Source of the DNA: Tubulanus polymorphus
Taxonomy: Eukaryota; Animalia; Nemertea
Direction: 5' to 3'
DNA: 64,000 bases
Assembly: GCF_964204645.1 (NCBI RefSeq)
Contig: NC_134027.1
Location: forward strand, 4,310,485-4,374,484
In this document: in pieces, positions 58,004 through 64,000 of the stretch
Position numbering within the stretch: the first letter of the stretch is position 1
Layout of the letters: every line of letters begins with the position of its first letter
Notes under the pieces: model-generated
What the model was told of the DNA's origin: nothing
The model's input: only the letters and a program-made list of their open reading frames with translations
The model's database searches: none
Made by a program: the position numbers and the translations under genes

Positions 58004-60861
58004 CTGATGAAACAAATAAGTCAAGGAAGGCAAAGCGTTAATCTCATACTTCAGAGTAATTACACCTCGGGATCGAATTCGTGACGTAGATGTGCAGAAT
58101 AAAACTCCTAACATCTCGTTCACATCAGGACATCTTGTGAACGGGGAATTTACGACCAGGTATTAAAGGAAAAGACGAAGAATTATCCAGCGAGCCTCAT
58201 TAACGAATAACACAAAGCCATAAAGACTTTGCCGTCGGTTTATTGAAGAATCTGCATACCTCCCGACGGCCGCATTTGTCATTTATCAGGCACGAAATGC
58301 CAATAAGCTAAAATAGCCAACACGTACAGAAGCATTACGATGAGCGGAAGGGGAGATAAAGATTATGACCGGCTATATCAGAGGTTCGAACGATCCCAAC
58401 GGGGACGAATATTATCCAACACACGAATCAATACATTTCAAAGGCGCATCAAATCTGCAATATCTGACTGGTCACCTTCCCTAAACGCTATTAATCAATT
58501 TTGTTAATTGCATTCAAAATAAAGATGTAGACACACACGACAAATATTAATGAAAATGTCAATGGAAATGTCAAGTCAATAGGTTTAGGATATCAACTAA
58601 TACCACTCGATGTTCTAGAATTCATACACAAAAAAACTTGAATACAAAAATATAAGTAAATTCGTGGTATTCAAGCGATAATGAACCACTGCAAAACCCC
58701 TTCAGCCAGGCCGATAAGCCCATTACTACCTTCTACAGAATGACAAAATACTAGACTGGTTTTAGGAGAGATGTATAAATATACGTCTATATACTCGACG
58801 AAAAGATCTTGATTTCCATCTAAACCTTGCTTAAAAGACTGAGTAAATGGGTTGATGTATTGGAAATCGTTCTGGATGTATGGTGTAAACCGTTTGCAGC
58901 TGGTTCGTTCGGTCGCAGACATCAAATTAAGTCAAGGGCGTGCACGATCTGTTGACTTCCCTAATAGGAACAAATATTCCTAACCGAGTCGATGTTATTA
59001 CGAGGTAGAGCATCCACATGTTTTCCCGAAGTAACACACCGTTACGTAGCCCTTCGTTACCACACGGAAACTCCCGAAGATCTACGAACGACGTCAACAA
59101 TGGTTGTATCGCGTGTCAGTTGATATAACGATTAATTAAAGATGTATTTGATGAAATTTTAATCTAAATAAAGCAGATCACATCAGGATAATTTAATTGA
59201 ACCTAGGCAAATAACATCCAATCATGGAAATCTCGTTGCTAACCAAATCGTCACTTCAGATGAACGACGAGAGGTTGTTGTCTTTCGTGGCACAGCATTA
59301 ATACAAGCTACCGCCTTTTGCCGTTGGTGGTGACGAAATTCAGAAGATGTTTTTATTTCCCCCAGGTACGACAAATCACCTAGTTACAAAAAGACTCGCT
59401 GGGTCGAGCAAAACTAATTACACGCTACCGGAATGAATGCAGCGACATCGCCGAACTTTCTGTACATAAAGCGTTCTTCAGTGTGGTTAGAAATGTGATT
59501 TCATTGTTTTAGCAAGTTCTGTCACGTTTCAGGTAAATTGTATCAATCAATGGCTGTCTGTACAACAATCTTATAAACAGCATAAATATGCGGGCAAAAA
59601 TCAAAATATTACGATGAAGAGATTCGTTTCTACAACTCAAAGAATAAGATGTGTTCACACAGCGGAGGAATCTATGGCCGGTTCAATGCCTATCAACTAG
59701 CGTTAGACTTATGTATTCAGCTAATGAAGATAATACTCGCGTAGCAGAAGCTCTAATGATGCGAAACACCTAAGGAGATGAAGTGATTATGAAGACAGGA
59801 AGTTCATGTCCACGGCGCCAAACGATGGTCACATTATTTGAGCAGCAGATATATCTGCCTATCCTTACCACGTTATCAGTACCATTAAGACCAATTACCG
59901 AGATTGCAGACAAGGTAACAACAAATCCTATACTCGGTTAGGGAGGAATCGCCACCAGTATAGCCGAGTACTGCTCCTTTGGCGGGATAAAACTTCTCAA
60001 TGAGTCGCGAATGAAGAGAAACTATGAGTCCCACAATAAATAAGCCGAAAAGTTAAAATTCATCTTAAAATCCGATTTTTCGGTTTTCCAGGAATGAAAA
60101 TGGATTCGTTGAAAATGGGTTTTAAAGGAAAACTGAAAATTGTGACTTTAAGATAAAATGTCTACGTATCGATATTCTAACGAGTCGGCATTTTTATTGT
60201 GGGGCGTGTGGTTTACTACTGCTTTCATTAACGGTGGTAAATGAATTGCTGCGTTTAATAATATGCAGATCAAATTCAAAAGTAGGAAGCAAGTTGTCAA
60301 TAGCAATATTAAAGCTAATCACGGCCGACATTGAAGCAGGATAAACGAATTCATTAAATGGAATTACGGTATTACACAGTCTATCTCTCTTGTAACCGTG
60401 AATCGAATAAAGCCGTCGCTACGCAAGATGAATATTGTCCAGCGGGATTTTTTCTCGTAAATTTCCATTAAAAACGGTTTCGCACTGAAGATTAACCCGT
60501 CTATCTATACAAATAGCGTCGTTTCTCGTTATAGCCATTACCGGAAGTAATAAAAGAACATTGTGGAAGCGAACAAAATGGAATCGGTTTTCGTGTCGTA
60601 TTCGATCGACTATGTCTGCGTAATTTTCTACTTATCCATCACAAGTAATGGGAATTTCATAATTGGAACAAGAGGCGGGAAATAGGGGTGAAAATCCGAA
60701 ACCCACCTCCCTGTTCGGGAAGAAAATTGAATCGGTATTCGAACAGGGTCTCTATACAGATTAGTCTTTCCTGGATGTAAGGAGTTCTCGAGGAGATTTT
60801 AAGGAGAAAAGTTTCAAATTCCGAGGAAGTGTCTGCATCGCCTTCATATCCCAATTAGACT

Positions 60862-61027
60862 CCTAAATCGGTAGGCGGCTACAGTTTATCTCGGTAAACA
60901 GTTAATTCGGTGGTTTTGTAAACAAGTCTGTTTACCTAAACACGACTAAACCCGGTTTCTTCCAGTAACTTTCTAATCGGGGAAAATATCCTGGTCCCAA
61001 CTGTACCGATTTAGGCGTAATTTACTG
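60862..61027. mobile_element. Tc1/mariner-type MITE remnant
   Basis: CCTAAATCGGTA (60862) is the reverse complement of TACCGATTTAGG (near 61004). The right terminus ...TTTACTG|TA reads TA|CAGT on the minus strand. The left terminus is degraded. Confidence 0.5.
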
Positions 61028-64000
61028 TACAACTACAAACTAAACATTTCTAATTGCCAATTACTTCTCAAAATTTAAAGAGTTTTACAGGAGTTTCGGG
61101 GATTTTGATAAATTAGTTTTAGGCACCTTTAAAAGCATTTTCGGTTTGGAAGGATTTTTATGGAATCAAGGAGTCGTAGGGACTCTGTCGAATACATTTT
61201 TTATGTTAGAAAACTGTCTTCTACAATATTGTTCTCCGAATTCATCAAAATTTACCATCACAAGAGAAAGTGACCAATAATACGACTACTGAATCGACTT
61301 CATTTCGTGGTTGTTGAATATTTGAGGACTACTGAACTATGGTTTCGAGATTCGTATTTGAGTTAGTGTTCATTTCCGCATGAAGCCGGTGTCTGCATGC
61401 AGAGGAGTTAACATCGATGACGTGAACGCAAACTGCGAAGCGGATATGCACGTAATAAGAAACATGACCTAAGCCCAGAGTTTCGCATTAGTTGCAGTTG
61501 GTTGTTCCTCAGCGTACCGTTTCTATCGTACACCTTGCTACAAACAGCTGATCCAAATCAGTCACCGATTGCTACGTTCATTTCACACGTAAAGATACAA
61601 AAATGCCCAGCACTTCCACAAATCGACAATTCTTTTCCTTGTCAACTAATTGCTTCTGTCAAACGGGAATGTGATTGCCGAGTTGCCTCGTAGAACGGGA
61701 ATAGGTTTCAGTGAATTGAAGTCATTTTGTTCGGATGAACGTAATGGCAGTATATACAATATCTTCACCATTCAGGGTTATATTATCATTCGACATTCGA
61801 CACGTTGCACGACATGATTCCAGAATCTTCGTTCCTCGGGACACATATGCAATCATACGGCTTACACAAACTAACGAGACTGCAGGCCATATACCTTAAC
61901 AGTTGATGCAATAAAGAGGACGGCTAGGACATTTCCCAATATTAGACAGTCGTTCTGGCATCAGAACCATTACGGACTCGGTAGTTTGTAGATCTGACAT
62001 CACGTTAATAAAAACATTGCAATATGTCACCACCAACACAACAAGCTGTTACTGGCGGGTTGTAAAGTTTATCTGCAGGTCTAGCTGCACGCCAACTGTA
62101 TACGCTAACAAAAGCCATCTTTATTTCGGTTACGCCCTACAACCTCGCGCAAAAAATCATAGACTTTTTGTATTTCGATCACGGCGACGCATGTTGCAGC
62201 GTAACAGAGAAAATCCGTTTCCATGCTACAACGTACACGATCTAATGTGATTAAAAATCTATCTGCGGGGCAATTAAGAGCGAGAGCCAACTCCTGAAAA
62301 TAATGAAACGCGCATGCATCTATATGAGCACTTCCCAATCAAAATCGTCGACTTTTTCCAAAAGGCTCTGCACTGTACGTGAACGACGCCGAGGCAGACA
62401 ATATTTATCGGCGTATATTCCCATAGCGAGCAATTGAAAATACACGAAGAGCAATTTGGTGATATCCAGTGTCATCCCGAGAGGTCTTACGAGTAATCAT
62501 ATAAGCATCAGGAGTGCTCTGTTTGTGATTTTATTTCTCTTTCGTTACAGAGAATCGTCTAAGACGTGACATATGTCTAATACATCGAAAGCTTTAGATG
62601 CTATCCTGAACATCAAAGATGTTCAGGAGGGAGGAATTATTCCGGATTACAAAGATAATAATTCGCATGTAGTTCCAACTTGATGATTGCTCATAGAACC
62701 TCCGTCATGACATGCAATTTTGCCAACTACATTCAATTCAAGTAGTCCCTTATTCAAATTAAGTACAGTCGGAACAGCTCAGTATGAAGTTTGATCGAAA
62801 TCGTTCATTCAGACGGGCGCCAGACTTATTCCTTGGAGCATTGAAAAAATATCGTATGAATGAACAGTTCTGGAGAACTACGAGTCCACCGGTTGATGTA
62901 AAGCAGCGGAGAAAAGAAATGTCACGGCGAGACAAGAATGACAAGAAGGAGAAAATCTAATTAATGTCGAAATAAAAAATTAATGAAGCTTGTTATGTAC
63001 ATAGATTTCAGCCTTGAGTAATCGAGATAAGCGAATTCACGGCAGATGCGCATGTATTTTAGTGTCAGCTAATTAAAAACCGATTCCAATACAAATCACC
63101 CATCACTCTCAGTAAATGGAAATATGAATACTTAAAAGGTGTTCCAGATATGGGAATCTCATCAAGTTGCCGTTCGTTTCGTGCAATACAGAGTCGTATA
63201 ATTCTAATCAGAATCGATATGGAAGATGTAATGAAAAAAACCTGTCAAATACTTAATTACGGGGCAACTCGGGTATAAACGAATGCAAGACGTTCTTCTT
63301 AACGACCACGCAAGTGTCCTTACCGTCTTCAGACGGTGGCGTGATTAACGGACCACGTGTCTTCCTTTCCGTCCATCGTGAATTTACTTTTTACGCTGTT
63401 TGTCGAATTGATGCTTGAAGATAATTACTGCATTATTACTGCAAGACCGATATCGATTCGTCGCTTCATAATAAAATATGAAGTACCATACTGATCAAAC
63501 ATTCTCCAAATTAAATATGAGACCAGCTGTTGCACCTGTCAACCATCGTCAATATTATGCCATGATTCTACAAAGGACCAATTTTTCGTATAATTCAGCC
63601 ATACGACACGTGCGTACATCTTGCGCATGGAAATACAATAGACAGTGTATAACAGCTTGAGGAGGCGAGTGGGAATTGTCCATAGATGGGATAACGAAAT
63701 AAGCAAAAGGTGATCGAGATAGCGAGGTATCGCGATCTTCGATGACCTGGCAAACTCGTTCAGGAAGCGTCCCTCGGCAAACGATGCGTTGGGCTTGATT
63801 TAAATGCGAATAATCAGGGTGAACTGGCGCTCGTTAAGGAGCTGAGCGGATAATTACATCGAGTATTCACATTAATGGTATTCTTGAGTAACAACTTCCG
63901 AGTGTTTCGTACTGCTCTTAAGTACCGACGCCAATCGGTCAGAGATCAGCGTCAGGCTATGTGACGCGAGGATTCCCAGGAAATTCAAATCTATCCGTTA

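Noticed and set aside
58004-64000. Short ORFs upstream of the last recognised ESRP exon
   Set aside because: None resembles the expected ESRP N-terminal exons or any known domain; treated as intron.

Overview
This is AT-rich, intron-containing animal DNA (probably an invertebrate; the taxon cannot be fixed from sequence alone). Most short ORFs in the six-frame track are exon fragments or noise. All gene models below were spliced by hand at GT-AG sites and checked for frame; no database search was run. Bases 1-17 kb are gene-poor, with microsatellites, MITE-like inverted repeats and a 3x190-bp tandem repeat carrying a Pol III B-box. Bases 17-36 kb hold a dense cluster. In order it contains a stand-alone DZIP3-type HEPN protein (+), a secreted S1 protease with two 6-Cys defensin/clip-like modules (+), a MARVEL protein (-), RNA polymerase II subunit RPB3/POLR2C (-), RPRD1 head-to-head with RPB3 (+) and an unrecognised HMG-box protein ending in a DHIY motif (+). 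Bases 42-64 kb hold the 3' part of an ESRP/fusilli splicing-factor gene (-) whose 5' end appears to lie beyond the window. The two most notable observations are a 3-exon SOCS-box + pseudokinase gene nested antisense in RPB3 intron 4, and a candidate autoregulatory poison (or mutually exclusive) exon in ESRP flanked by UGGUG motifs.
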